From positions 22,541-86,540 of the IMG/VR virus record IMGVR_UViG_3300032246_002986: 64,000 bases of DNA; one strand, given 5' to 3'. This DNA comes from a virus. Below are positions 54,457 to 63,969 of the stretch, piece after piece. The stretch's first letter is position 1; every line of letters begins with the position of its first letter. The position numbers and the translations under genes are program-made. Under the pieces are notes generated by a model. That model did no database searches. It had not been told where the DNA came from and worked only from the letters and a program-made list of their open reading frames with translations.

Positions 54457-55723
54457 AATCTGTTATCCTGTTGTCCCTGATCTTTTCGAAAGCCTTTAAA
54501 AATCTGGGTAGTTGTTTGCGGTATACATCTGCGTCTGCTGGTGTTTGATAACCGTCTATGAAATCTTTGTATTCGCATATCACATTGGCTATGCTCTGTG
54601 ATATCCTGTGGGCATTTCGTGTATTCGGCAGCACGGTTCTTTTGAGGTCATGTTTGATGATCACCTGCTGTAACTTGTGGCTTATTTCCTTCCTGATATC
54701 ATCAGGCAATAATTCCATCCTCAACACAGCTGGATAGGTCAGGATGTTGCAGCTTTCTGCACTCACATCATTGGCTATCATATATTCTGCCAATAGGTCC
54801 AAATGATAGATGCTGAAGATATTGGGTGTGATACGCAGGCTGACATATAGATTGGTTTTGGCACGTAGTTGCAAGAACTGATCCAGTATGCTCAATACGC
54901 TGCTGATGTCGCTGGGATATCTGATATAATCATTGAGAGAGGTCACTGTTTCTATGCTGCATCCCAGATGGAATTCTTTGAATTCTCTGGCATATCTTTC
55001 TATATTGCTGTTGTACACAGTGCAGTTGGTGGTGGTTCCCACGATGATGTTTTTGGCTATTCCTGCATCTATCAGTGCATCACACAGCAGGTAAAAGCTC
55101 TTGTCATATAAAGTTTCGCCACCCAGGAAATGAATATATTTGAGTTTATCCAGTTTTTTCAATTCTGTTACAAATTTATCCAGCAGATATGGATTCCTGG
55201 TCCAGCTGGTATACACAGCTGGTTGGGCAAATAGATCAGGTTCCAATTGATTTAGTTTGAGATAATCTGCGGCCAATTTGCTGCTGGCTTCGGGATAACA
55301 CATCACACAAGCACTGTTGCAGGTGTTTCCCAGATCTATCTGCAGATCTACAGGTTGATAATCACTGTGTCCTGCATTGTCTGCACTGTGATGAAACATA
55401 TCCAGGTGTGGGCTGCCTCTCAGAGACAGCTCGAAGTTGTCTGCTGTCACTGTGCTTTTCAACAGTTGCCGCCAGCGTCCATTCAACTTGTTATACTGAT
55501 CTTGTTGATGACATTTTTTGCAGATGTCGGGTTTTGCACCTGTCAGCAGATCTGACCTGATAGCACACATATCATCGCTGTTGTAGAAATCCATGATGTT
55601 GTGTGTGGCTATGTTGTAACCATTTGTTTTATCATCTATGCCCCAGCGACAGATCTTGTAATCGCCGTTATAGGTCAGTCTGATGTGTATCCACGGGCTG
55701 TTACAGAAACTGTCTCGCAACAT
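54413..55723 (-). CDS. Radical SAM protein with N-terminal SPASM/twitch-like domain
   Basis: CNSACVMC, FLGGET, TTN; N-terminal CNSPW...C...CKKCH. Confidence 0.88.
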   Translation of the reverse strand: MLRDSFCNSPWIHIRLTYNGDYKICRWGIDDKTNGYNIATHNIMDFYNSDDMCAIRSDLLTGAKPDICKKCHQQDQYNKLNGRWRQLLKSTVTADNFELSLRGSPHLDMFHHSADNAGHSDYQPVDLQIDLGNTCNSACVMCYPEASSKLAADYLKLNQLEPDLFAQPAVYTSWTRNPYLLDKFVTELKKLDKLKYIHFLGGETLYDKSFYLLCDALIDAGIAKNIIVGTTTNCTVYNSNIERYAREFKEFHLGCSIETVTSLNDYIRYPSDISSVLSILDQFLQLRAKTNLYVSLRITPNIFSIYHLDLLAEYMIANDVSAESCNILTYPAVLRMELLPDDIRKEISHKLQQVIIKHDLKRTVLPNTRNAHRISQSIANVICEYKDFIDGYQTPADADVYRKQLPRFLKAFEKIRDNRITDYEPRYTEFLRRLGY

Positions 55724-55962
55724 CAGAAGAAAGCCAGGCCCGATTTCTTAGTGGTTTCCATATTGTCTTCCACTATCTTGTTGATGATGTTGCGCTCGTG
55801 GACGCTCATATTCATCGCTTCGGTATAGTTGATTCCGCCACGCATGAACCAGCACATCCTGAGCACGTTTGTTTTGATCTTCCGCACATCGCCTTCGTAT
55901 CTGGCCACTAAATCAAGAACTTCTTGGTGTTTGAGTCTTAAGATAGTGGCTCGAAAAAATTT
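55723..55962 (-). CDS. -1 frame extension of the gp26-like gene (predicted frameshift product C-terminus)
   Basis: The -1 frame is open from the slippery site to TGA at 55725-55723 (FRATILRLKHQEVLDLVARYEGD...RMCWFMRGG...LAFF); the track's GTG start at 55908 has no SD. Confidence 0.65.
   Translation of the reverse strand, partial: KFFRATILRLKHQEVLDLVARYEGDVRKIKTNVLRMCWFMRGGINYTEAMNMSVHERNIINKIVEDNMETTKKSGLAFF
55904..55962 (-). other. Putative programmed -1 ribosomal frameshift signal
   Basis: In-frame A_AAT_TTT_TTC (55962-55953) plus downstream 7-bp stem GCCACTA (55950-55944)/TAGTGGC (55910-55904). Confidence 0.65.
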
Positions 55963-56780
55963 GCGTAATCGAATTGCACGTTGACATTGTACTGGTGATC
56001 ACATTCTTCACAACTAACCCTGGCTGGTGGCAGATCTGCCACTTTCTTGTATTCGTTCATACGAGCCTGGATGGTACGGATGGTGCTGTTGCTGCAATTA
56101 TTGTAAAATTCATTTATGAAGTTGCTGTCTGTGACAACTTCCCCTGTCTGGGTTGTGATGCTTTCGGTGCTCAGTGCCAGCAGCGCGATGCTGCCATTGA
56201 CCAGTTTTTTCAGATGCATATCGAATTGTGTGGCTTTGGCTTCATCATCCAGATTCTGATCATCTATCAATTGGATGATGCGCTGTTCTTCGAATCTGGC
56301 AATGTCATTTTTATTGCTTTGCTGGTAATTAAGTGGACGGAATTTGAAACTCAAACCATCTGCTAGCAAAGGCGTGTTGTAATCAGGGGCACGAACCCTC
56401 ATGAGCACATCTCCCAGACCCAGACCGTGGCTGGTTTCGTGGTTGCACTTGGGGCAACCACTCTGCATTTCCATCGTGTCGCCATAGGTGGCGATGCGGA
56501 TGGCTATCAGTAAAGCATCTGCATCTATCGTGGGCATAGCCCAGGCGTTCTTGATTTCAGGACAGCAACTTTCGATGACACTGACCACGCCTTGACCGTT
56601 CATGAGAGCATCTGGTGTGCGTAGTGTCACCTCGTCCCTGGCTGTCATTGGCATCACGCCGATTTCGCCATTGGCTGGCATATCTATCGTTCCAGGAATC
56701 CAGTATTTGCCCTCGCTGGGTAATTTCAAGAAAACCGCAGGCTGACGGAAATGGCTTACTAGAGGATTTGAATTTTGCAT
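55938..56780 (-). CDS. Baseplate hub assembly protein / tail assembly chaperone, T4 gp26-like
   Basis: LKLPSEG, PMTARDE..L, DADALLIAIRIATYG, CPKC and CEEC Zn motifs, ends NFF; start set at ATG 56780. Confidence 0.75.
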   Translation of the reverse strand: MQNSNPLVSHFRQPAVFLKLPSEGKYWIPGTIDMPANGEIGVMPMTARDEVTLRTPDALMNGQGVVSVIESCCPEIKNAWAMPTIDADALLIAIRIATYGDTMEMQSGCPKCNHETSHGLGLGDVLMRVRAPDYNTPLLADGLSFKFRPLNYQQSNKNDIARFEEQRIIQLIDDQNLDDEAKATQFDMHLKKLVNGSIALLALSTESITTQTGEVVTDSNFINEFYNNCSNSTIRTIQARMNEYKKVADLPPARVSCEECDHQYNVNVQFDYANFFEPLS

Positions 56781-56793
56781 TGATACTGCTTCC

Positions 56794-56800
56794 ATAAATA
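56794..56800 (+). promoter_or_regulatory. T4-like late promoter box (ATAAATA)
   Basis: 43 nt upstream of ATG 56844. Confidence 0.55.
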
Positions 56801-56823
56801 ATGATGATACACTTATATACGTG

Positions 56824-56830
56824 TATTTAA
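56824..56830 (-). promoter_or_regulatory. T4-like late promoter box (TTAAATA)
   Basis: 43 nt upstream of ATG 56780; faces the + strand box. Confidence 0.5.
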
Positions 56831-56843
56831 CAGTGAAGAAATC

Positions 56844-59216
56844 ATGGCAGAAATATCAGCAGCACAATTAGAAGCATTTGCCCAGGCTATGACACAGGCG
56901 CAAGCCCGTGTGGGTGGACTGGATGGTGCTCTCAGCGCATTACGTGCTAGGATAGATGGATTGAATCGCAGTATGCGTGGTGTCATGGATGATGCCGCCA
57001 ATGCTCGTGCAGACGCTGCTGCTGCCAGCGCAGCTAAAAAACGATTCCTGAATGAGCAATCTCAGATAGCCTCTGCTGCACAACAGGGACGTATCAGTCA
57101 GCAACGTGCTGCTCAGATGGAAACAGCCAGTCGTGAAAGATTCGCTGATGCCATGGACAGCGTGGGAGATAACCTCAGGACTAGCCTGGGTGGCATCAGC
57201 AGTGCATTGAACGCCAGCAACAGCCAGCTGTTCCAATTGACTGAAAATACCAAACGCTATAATGCTGTTCAAGGACAGACTATCAACGGGCTTGTAAGCC
57301 TAGCCGGTTATGCTCGCACACTGATCCAAAGTTACCAGCGAGGTGGCAGCAGTCTCAACGATATGGCCATGTCCATCGATGCTGCTAAAGTTGGTTTCAG
57401 TATCGTAGGAAATGTGGTACAAAATCTAGGTTCCAGTCTTGGTAACCTAATGATCAGTGCCAATCAAGCCAGACGTGGTGATGTTGGTCCTGCAGGCGGT
57501 GCTGGCGCTACTAGTAATTTTGCCAGAACAGTGGGCAATGCAGCCAATGGATTAAGCAGTGCATTCAGAAGTCTAATAAGCGGCGTATTGCCCATCTTTA
57601 CCAATGAACTGCAGAGCGCATATGAAACATATATGCGTATGAGCAGTGCAGGCGGGTTGTTTACAGACGGTTTGCAAGGTATGTTGAGTAGTGCTCAAGG
57701 TTTGGGTCTTACCATTGGCGAACTAACAGATGTAGTCACAAACAACAGAGAAAGTTTAGCTGGTCTGGGTATGAGCGTGGGCGAAGCAGCTAGGCAGATG
57801 GGTGAAATAGGCAAAATGATCCCAAATAATACTATCAGACAACTACGTATGTTAGGTATCAACGCTAAAGATCAGGCAGATGCCATGGCTGATGTGATGA
57901 AAGATATGCGAGTTAGCCGCAATTTCAATATGCAAGATGCTGCTCAGCGACAGCAGATAGCTGACCAGACAGCTATCTATGCCCAGAATCTTAAAACTTT
58001 AAGCGCCATAACTGGAGAAGATGCCAAAAGGAAAACGGAAGAAACACGCAAAGCCAACATGGTACTGGCGTTTCAGCAAAAACTATCCAATCTGGATCCC
58101 ACAGCTATAAGCAATATCAATCTAGGTATGTCTACCATGAGCCGCGAGATGCAGCAGGCGGTAAGAGAACAGACTGTATATGGCAGGATAGTCACACCTG
58201 AATTGGCAGTCATGGCACAACAGATGCCTGCTTTTGGTGCTGCTGTGCAGGAATCGGCCGAAGCTGTGCAAGCGGGTACATTGGATCAGAAACGAGCTCT
58301 GGATATACAAGCTAAGAACAGCGAAGCGATGCAGAGGCAAGCTCTAGGTGCTACAGCTATAGGCCGTGGAGGCATGGCCCCTGGTGCAGATGGATTGCTA
58401 CGTGGTACAACTGAAGGAATGGCCAATCAACTGCAAAGGGCCAGGGATATAACCGAAGAATCTGTGAAAAATGCACAGCAGCAGCAAAGGGATCTAACTG
58501 CTAATCCTCCACCTGAAGGCGGCGGTCCTCTGGCAACAACCAGAGCAATGGTAGATGCTGCTCAAGCTGGGCGAGAATTGGCTCTTATGATCCAAAAAGA
58601 ATTATTAGGACCCGAAGGCCCTATGAAAATGTTTGCCAGCGGTGTGAGAGATATGACCACAGCCATGGCAACCGCGCTGGAATTTTTTGTAGGTCCCAGA
58701 AACAAAAACGAGCTACCACAGCCCAATATACAACCTGGCAATCCTAATACACCCAGTCAGTTGGGAGAGTTGCTGAGTCAATTAGGTGATGGATTAAAAA
58801 ACATATTCCGTGATGCCGGTAACATAATAGCAGAAACCATAGGCCGAGCACTGGGCTCCACACCCACCCGCCAGTTGGCGATGGGTGGTGTCATCAGCGG
58901 TGATCCCAAAGGATTTTTAGCAACACTGCACGGAAACGAAGCGGTTATACCGCTACCAGACAGCTTGCGTGGTCCTGAATTTGCTCAAGCTATGCAGAAT
59001 CTAATAGATCAAGACAAAGCAGGAGCAACTGCTACGAACGGCTTTTCCAATGCTGATGCGATTGGTTTCACAGATGCTTTCGACCGCATCACCAAACCAG
59101 CTGCCCAAGACCAGATAGAAGTTTTGACAAATATTAAAGATTTGATGGAAGAAATGGTCAATTATAGCCGTAGTATAGCAGGGCATACAGAATTGACAGC
59201 TGTCAGGGTTTCATAA
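56844..59216 (+). CDS. Tape-measure-like tail protein
   Basis: A/Q/M/G-rich helical protein with no Cys or Trp; C-terminal AMGGVISG...LHGNEAVIPL motif. Confidence 0.65.
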   Translation: MAEISAAQLEAFAQAMTQAQARVGGLDGALSALRARIDGLNRSMRGVMDDAANARADAAAASAAKKRFLNEQSQIASAAQQGRISQQRAAQMETASRERFADAMDSVGDNLRTSLGGISSALNASNSQLFQLTENTKRYNAVQGQTINGLVSLAGYARTLIQSYQRGGSSLNDMAMSIDAAKVGFSIVGNVVQNLGSSLGNLMISANQARRGDVGPAGGAGATSNFARTVGNAANGLSSAFRSLISGVLPIFTNELQSAYETYMRMSSAGGLFTDGLQGMLSSAQGLGLTIGELTDVVTNNRESLAGLGMSVGEAARQMGEIGKMIPNNTIRQLRMLGINAKDQADAMADVMKDMRVSRNFNMQDAAQRQQIADQTAIYAQNLKTLSAITGEDAKRKTEETRKANMVLAFQQKLSNLDPTAISNINLGMSTMSREMQQAVREQTVYGRIVTPELAVMAQQMPAFGAAVQESAEAVQAGTLDQKRALDIQAKNSEAMQRQALGATAIGRGGMAPGADGLLRGTTEGMANQLQRARDITEESVKNAQQQQRDLTANPPPEGGGPLATTRAMVDAAQAGRELALMIQKELLGPEGPMKMFASGVRDMTTAMATALEFFVGPRNKNELPQPNIQPGNPNTPSQLGELLSQLGDGLKNIFRDAGNIIAETIGRALGSTPTRQLAMGGVISGDPKGFLATLHGNEAVIPLPDSLRGPEFAQAMQNLIDQDKAGATATNGFSNADAIGFTDAFDRITKPAAQDQIEVLTNIKDLMEEMVNYSRSIAGHTELTAVRVS

Positions 59217-59233
59217 AGTCTGTATATAAACAG

Positions 59234-59240
59234 ATAAATA
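59234..59240 (+). promoter_or_regulatory. T4-like late promoter box (ATAAATA)
   Basis: 18 nt upstream of portal ATG, followed by AGAGGA SD. Confidence 0.65.
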
Positions 59241-59258
59241 TTACCAGAGGATTAATAA

Positions 59259-61040
59259 ATGGCCTGGAAGAAACACTGGCGTATCGTTAGCGACGGCGCC
59301 TATAGCCCCGTAAATGGCAGTATCACTGACTACAGTGCAAACAGCTATCTGGGTAATCAAGCTAATGCAGCTTATAGAAATTATCAGAGCATGCTGCCTG
59401 ACATCTATTCTGGTCATCCCAATCGTATCGATCGTTATACACAATACGAGAATATGGATCTGGATAGTGAAGTAAATGCAGCCCTGGATATCCTTTCAGA
59501 GTTTTGCACCCAGCCCAACGAAGATACACGCACCGCATTCGAGATACATTTTCACGAAGATGCCAATGAAAATGAAATGATGATCCTGAAAGAACAGTTG
59601 ATCAGTTGGTATAATCTCAACGATTTCGATCAACGTGTTTTCAAGATATTCCGTAACACATTGAAATATGGCGACCAGGTTTTCATCCGTGATCCAGAGA
59701 CCTACAAGTGGTACTGGAGCGAAATGAACCGCGTGAGTAAACTGATCGTGAATGAAAGCCAGGGCAAGAAACCCGAAGTTTACTACATCAGAGATCTGGC
59801 TCCCAACTTACAGAACAGCACTATAACCAAAGCGCCAGGTCCCAACGACAGCTATGCACACGCTCCGTATATGGGCGGCAGTCGCAGCTATACAGCAGGT
59901 GGTGAAGTATTCAGTCCCAACACTCGTTTTGGTGCTGGCAACAACGAATTTCCAGTTGCAGCAGAACACGTGATCCATCTCAGTCTCACTGAAGGGCTGG
60001 ATGTCAACTGGCCATTCGGCGTCAGCATACTGGAAAGCATATTCAAAGTGTTCAAGCAGAAAGAACTGCTGGAAGATGCCATCCTGATCTATCGCATCAG
60101 TCGTGCGCCTGAACGCCGTATGTTCAAGATAGATGTGGGTAATATGCCTGCTCACTTGGCCATGCAGTTCGTTGAACGTGTGAAAAATGAGATAAATCAG
60201 CGCCGTATACCCACACAGGGTGGTGGTGGCAACAATCTCATGGACGCCAGCTACAACCCTATGAGTATGAACGAAGATTACTTCTTTCCTCAGAGCGCAG
60301 ATGGCCGTGGATCCAGTGTGGAAGTGTTGCCAGGTGGACAGAATCTGGGCGAGATCGACGATCTCAAATTCTTCACCAACAAGTTGTACCGCAGCTTGCG
60401 TATTCCCTCCAGCTATCTGCCCACAGGACCAGAAGATAGCGAACGTGCTTTCGTGGACGGTAAAGTTACCACAGCACTGATCCAAGAGTTTCGTTTCAAC
60501 GAATACTGCAAAAGACTGCAAAAATACATCGCTCCCAAGTTCGATACAGAATTCAAATTGTTCCTGAAACATCGTGGATTCAATCTGGACAACAGCATCT
60601 TCGAACTGCGTTTCAACGAACCGCAGAACTTTGCTGCTTATCGTGATGTGGAATTGAACAACAGCCGTATCCAGGCATTCACCAGTATCAATGCCACCGA
60701 TTATCTCAGCAAGCGTTTCATGCTCAAGAAATATCTGGGTCTATCAGATATCGAAATGGCAGAAAACGACAAGATGTGGCACGAAGAACGTGGTACCAAG
60801 AAACCCAGCAGCCAGTTGCAGGGCAGCGATCTACGCAGCGTAGGTGTTACACCAGGTGCGCTCAATACGGATATGGAAGCACTGGATGACATCGGCAACG
60901 AACCTGATCTCAATGCAGGAACTGGTATGCCAGAAACACCCAACGGCGAGGTTGGTGCAGGCGGCACAGCTGGTATGGGTGGTGCGGGTCCGGGTATGAG
61001 TAGTGGCCAGACAGCAGCTCCTCCTGGACTGGGTGGATAA
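59259..61040 (+). CDS. Portal vertex protein, T4 gp20-like
   Basis: EDAILIYRISRAPERRMFKIDVGNMP, EDYFFP...GRGSSVEVLPGGQNLGEIDD..FF..KLY.SL.IP. Confidence 0.93.
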   Translation: MAWKKHWRIVSDGAYSPVNGSITDYSANSYLGNQANAAYRNYQSMLPDIYSGHPNRIDRYTQYENMDLDSEVNAALDILSEFCTQPNEDTRTAFEIHFHEDANENEMMILKEQLISWYNLNDFDQRVFKIFRNTLKYGDQVFIRDPETYKWYWSEMNRVSKLIVNESQGKKPEVYYIRDLAPNLQNSTITKAPGPNDSYAHAPYMGGSRSYTAGGEVFSPNTRFGAGNNEFPVAAEHVIHLSLTEGLDVNWPFGVSILESIFKVFKQKELLEDAILIYRISRAPERRMFKIDVGNMPAHLAMQFVERVKNEINQRRIPTQGGGGNNLMDASYNPMSMNEDYFFPQSADGRGSSVEVLPGGQNLGEIDDLKFFTNKLYRSLRIPSSYLPTGPEDSERAFVDGKVTTALIQEFRFNEYCKRLQKYIAPKFDTEFKLFLKHRGFNLDNSIFELRFNEPQNFAAYRDVELNNSRIQAFTSINATDYLSKRFMLKKYLGLSDIEMAENDKMWHEERGTKKPSSQLQGSDLRSVGVTPGALNTDMEALDDIGNEPDLNAGTGMPETPNGEVGAGGTAGMGGAGPGMSSGQTAAPPGLGG

Positions 61041-61046
61041 TAAATA
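61040..61046 (+). promoter_or_regulatory. T4-like late promoter box (ATAAATA)
   Basis: 20 nt upstream of ATG 61067; GGAG SD follows. Confidence 0.55.
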
Positions 61047-61066
61047 ATCTACTGGAGAGCCACCTA

Positions 61067-61285
61067 ATGTTATTACAAGAAATGTTTATGCATCAGAAAC
61101 CAGAATACCAGGATCTGAGCAGCGACCAGAGCGTGGCCAAACCACAAGATCTTCGCAAGACCAAACTTACACTGGCACACATAAATCAGTTGCGTAAAAT
61201 GAACGATCAACGTACCGTAGAGTATATGGAAGAACTGCAAAATGTGCAGGTCCAATACGGGCAACCGGCAACACCGCCGCAATAA
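61067..61285 (+). CDS. Small head-module protein
   Basis: RKTKLTLAHINQLRKM; lies between portal and prohead core genes. Confidence 0.65.
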   Translation: MLLQEMFMHQKPEYQDLSSDQSVAKPQDLRKTKLTLAHINQLRKMNDQRTVEYMEELQNVQVQYGQPATPPQ

Positions 61286-61336
61286 TGCCTTTTGGCTCAT
61301 TTTGAGCCCGTTTAAACATATATTTAAACACATAGA

Positions 61337-61343
61337 TTAAATA
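61337..61343 (+). promoter_or_regulatory. T4-like late promoter box (TTAAATA)
   Basis: Upstream of AGGAG SD and ATG 61382. Confidence 0.5.
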
Positions 61344-61381
61344 TTATCACAGCACAGAACCCCACAGGAGTTTTTAATATA

Positions 61382-62197
61382 ATGCGTAATTACGAACAAC
61401 TAATTGAGTACATCATTAATGATGATCACGAACGTGCCCAAGAACTATTCCATGCTCTTGTGGTAGAAAAAAGCCGTGAAATCTACAATGACCTGGTAGC
61501 AGAAGAAATGGACCAGGAAATTGAAGAAGGTGGCGAAATGGATATGGATCAGACCGACGATATGATGGGCGACATCGAAGCCGATCACGAAGGTATGGAT
61601 TCAGATGATATGGGCGACCACGATATGGACCTGGATATGGGCGACGACGAAGATTTCGGCGACGAACATCACGGCCATGAAGATATGGAAGATCGTGTGA
61701 TGGATCTGGAAGATGCATTGGACGAACTGAAAGCAGAATTCGAAGCCCTGATGGCTGACGAAGCTGGTGAAGATCACGATATGCCTGCGGAAGGCATGAT
61801 GCGTGAATATGTGGAAAAAGTAGGCGAGCCATACAAAGGCGAGTTTGGTGGTAGTCCACGTAGCCAGAACGTAGGCGCCAACACAGGTGATCACGAAAAC
61901 ACAGGCGAGCGTAACACCAAGAGTGTTGTAGCTGGCAAGAACGATATGGGTGGTACTGCAAAGAACATCGCTCAGAGCGAAATGAACGAAAATCCAGATG
62001 ACAAGCAGTACAAAGATCCTTCCAATGCCTATGCAAAAGGCCGTGGTAATCTAAAGGGTGCTGGTAGTTTTGAAAACGTACCTGGTGCAAAAGCTGGCGG
62101 AGCATTTAAAAATGCTAAAAAGCCACAGAGCACTGAAGGCAAGTTTGCAACTGGCGGCGGTCCAAACGTAAACAAGAAAACACCTATTGCTCGCTAA
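61382..62197 (+). CDS. Acidic prohead core/scaffold-like protein
   Basis: Strongly D/E-rich; AQELFH..VVEKSREIY, EDRVMDLEDALDELKAEFE; positioned before the protease. Confidence 0.65.
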   Translation: MRNYEQLIEYIINDDHERAQELFHALVVEKSREIYNDLVAEEMDQEIEEGGEMDMDQTDDMMGDIEADHEGMDSDDMGDHDMDLDMGDDEDFGDEHHGHEDMEDRVMDLEDALDELKAEFEALMADEAGEDHDMPAEGMMREYVEKVGEPYKGEFGGSPRSQNVGANTGDHENTGERNTKSVVAGKNDMGGTAKNIAQSEMNENPDDKQYKDPSNAYAKGRGNLKGAGSFENVPGAKAGGAFKNAKKPQSTEGKFATGGGPNVNKKTPIAR

Positions 62198-62207
62198 GGA
62201 ATAAAAA

Positions 62208-62834
62208 ATGAACAACCTACTTGTAGAACATCTTAGCTATGACCAAGCAAAAATGGAAATGACTCATGCGAATGAGGGCAAAGATCTTCACTTGAAAGGT
62301 GTGTTTATCCAGGGTGGATTGAAAAACGCCAACCAGCGTGTTTACCCTGTGAATGAAATCAGCAAAGCCATTGAGACACTGAATAAGCAGATCAGAACTG
62401 GTTATTCAGTGCTTGGTGAAGTTGACCATCCAACTAACCTACGCATCAACTTGGATCGTGTTAGTCACATGATCACAGAGATGTGGTTAGATGGTCCCAA
62501 TGGCTATGGCAAAATGAAGATCCTGCCCACACCAATGGGTAATTTAGTTCGCACCATGCTAGAGTCAGGTGTAAAACTAGGAGTAAGTAGCCGCGGTTCA
62601 GGTAATGTCAACGAAGCCGACGGCGCAGTCAGCGATTTCGATATCGTTACTGTGGATGTAGTAGCCCAACCAAGTGCACCAAATGCCTACCCTACTGCGG
62701 TTTATGAAGGTATCATGAACATGAATGGTGGACATCGCGTATTGGAAATGGCTAGAGATGTTAAAAATGATCAACGAGCTCAGCGTTACTTGCAACAAGA
62801 AGTTGCCAAGTTTATTGCTGAGTTAAAGATATAA
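62208..62834 (+). CDS. Prohead protease, T4 gp21-like
   Basis: GVFIQG..KNANQRVY, LGEVDHP, LDRVSHMI, LGVSSRGSG, DVVAQPSAPNAY. Confidence 0.93.
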   Translation: MNNLLVEHLSYDQAKMEMTHANEGKDLHLKGVFIQGGLKNANQRVYPVNEISKAIETLNKQIRTGYSVLGEVDHPTNLRINLDRVSHMITEMWLDGPNGYGKMKILPTPMGNLVRTMLESGVKLGVSSRGSGNVNEADGAVSDFDIVTVDVVAQPSAPNAYPTAVYEGIMNMNGGHRVLEMARDVKNDQRAQRYLQQEVAKFIAELKI

Positions 62835-62851
62835 GTTCGGGAGAAACATTA

Positions 62852-63952
62852 ATGTTCGAAGCTCTAAAACCATTACTAGATAGTGGTATCCTGAACGAAG
62901 AAACTCGCCAGGGTCTGGAAGAAAGTTGGAATAACAAACTTACAGAAGCTCGTGAGCAGATCCGTGCAGAAATCCGCGAAGAGATGGCCAGTCGTTATCA
63001 ACACGACCGCACCGTCATGGTGGAAGCTCTGGACAAGATGGTAACAGAATCACTATCAGCTGAAATCGGTAAGATCGCTGCTGAGCGTGAAGCTATTGCA
63101 GAAGACCGTGTAAAATTTGCAAACAGAATGATGAACAAAGTTCAGAATTTTGACAGTTATCTGTCAGAATCACTGACAGCTGAAATTGCCGAACTACGTG
63201 GCGATCGTCAGCAAATGGCTCATGCTGTACAAAAATTAGAAGCATTTGTAGCTGAAAATCTACGTGCTGAAATTGCAGAATTTGCACAGGACAAAGCAGA
63301 TTTGGCTCGTACCAAAGTTGCTGTTGTTGCTGAAGGACGTCAACGTCTGGAAGCTCTAAAAGATAGCTTTATCCAGAAGAGCAGTGCTATTGTGGAACAA
63401 ACTGTCACTAACCATCTACGTTCAGAACTAAATCAACTTAAATCCGATATAGCAGAAGCCAAGGAAAATAACTTCGGTCGTAAGATTTTCGAAGCCTTTG
63501 CAACTGAATTCGGTGCTAGCTACCTAAATGAGCGAGCAGAAACCAAGAAGATGGAAAATGTTATTGCTAAGTTGCAACGTCAGATTTCAGAATCTCGTGA
63601 ATCTGAAGAAAAAGCTCTGGCTGAAGTTAGGAAGAGAGAAAATCAAATTCGTCAAATCAACGAAACACTGGAACGTAACCAGAAAATCAATAATTTGCTG
63701 AGCACAATCAGCAAAGAAAAAGCCGCTGTAATGTCAACACTGCTGGAATCAGTCCCAACAGATAAACTAGACGCAGCATTTAAAAAGTACCTGAAACCAG
63801 TTATGGAAGGCACTGCAACTACTCCTGTTGTTGAAAGACAGCAGATTGTGGAAAGCCGCGCTGAAGTTACCGGAGATCGTGCTGTTAAATCAGATCCTAG
63901 CTCAAACAATATCATAGAAATGAAGCGTTTGGCTGGTCTTGTCAGAAACTAA
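62852..63952 (+). CDS. Prohead scaffolding protein, T4 gp22-like
   Basis: Coiled-coil, E/K-rich, FGRKIFEAFA.EF; lies between protease and capsid genes. Confidence 0.8.
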   Translation: MFEALKPLLDSGILNEETRQGLEESWNNKLTEAREQIRAEIREEMASRYQHDRTVMVEALDKMVTESLSAEIGKIAAEREAIAEDRVKFANRMMNKVQNFDSYLSESLTAEIAELRGDRQQMAHAVQKLEAFVAENLRAEIAEFAQDKADLARTKVAVVAEGRQRLEALKDSFIQKSSAIVEQTVTNHLRSELNQLKSDIAEAKENNFGRKIFEAFATEFGASYLNERAETKKMENVIAKLQRQISESRESEEKALAEVRKRENQIRQINETLERNQKINNLLSTISKEKAAVMSTLLESVPTDKLDAAFKKYLKPVMEGTATTPVVERQQIVESRAEVTGDRAVKSDPSSNNIIEMKRLAGLVRN

Positions 63953-63969
63953 TATTGGAGATAGTAAAA

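Noticed and set aside
61294-61313. GGCTCA-TTT-TGAGCC hairpin after the 61067 gene
   Set aside because: 6-bp stem with only three T's after it, inside the head operon; too weak to call a terminator.
61520-61800. Asp/His/Met-rich tract suggesting a metal-binding protein
   Set aside because: Acidic low-complexity tracts are usual in prohead core proteins, and position supports that role.
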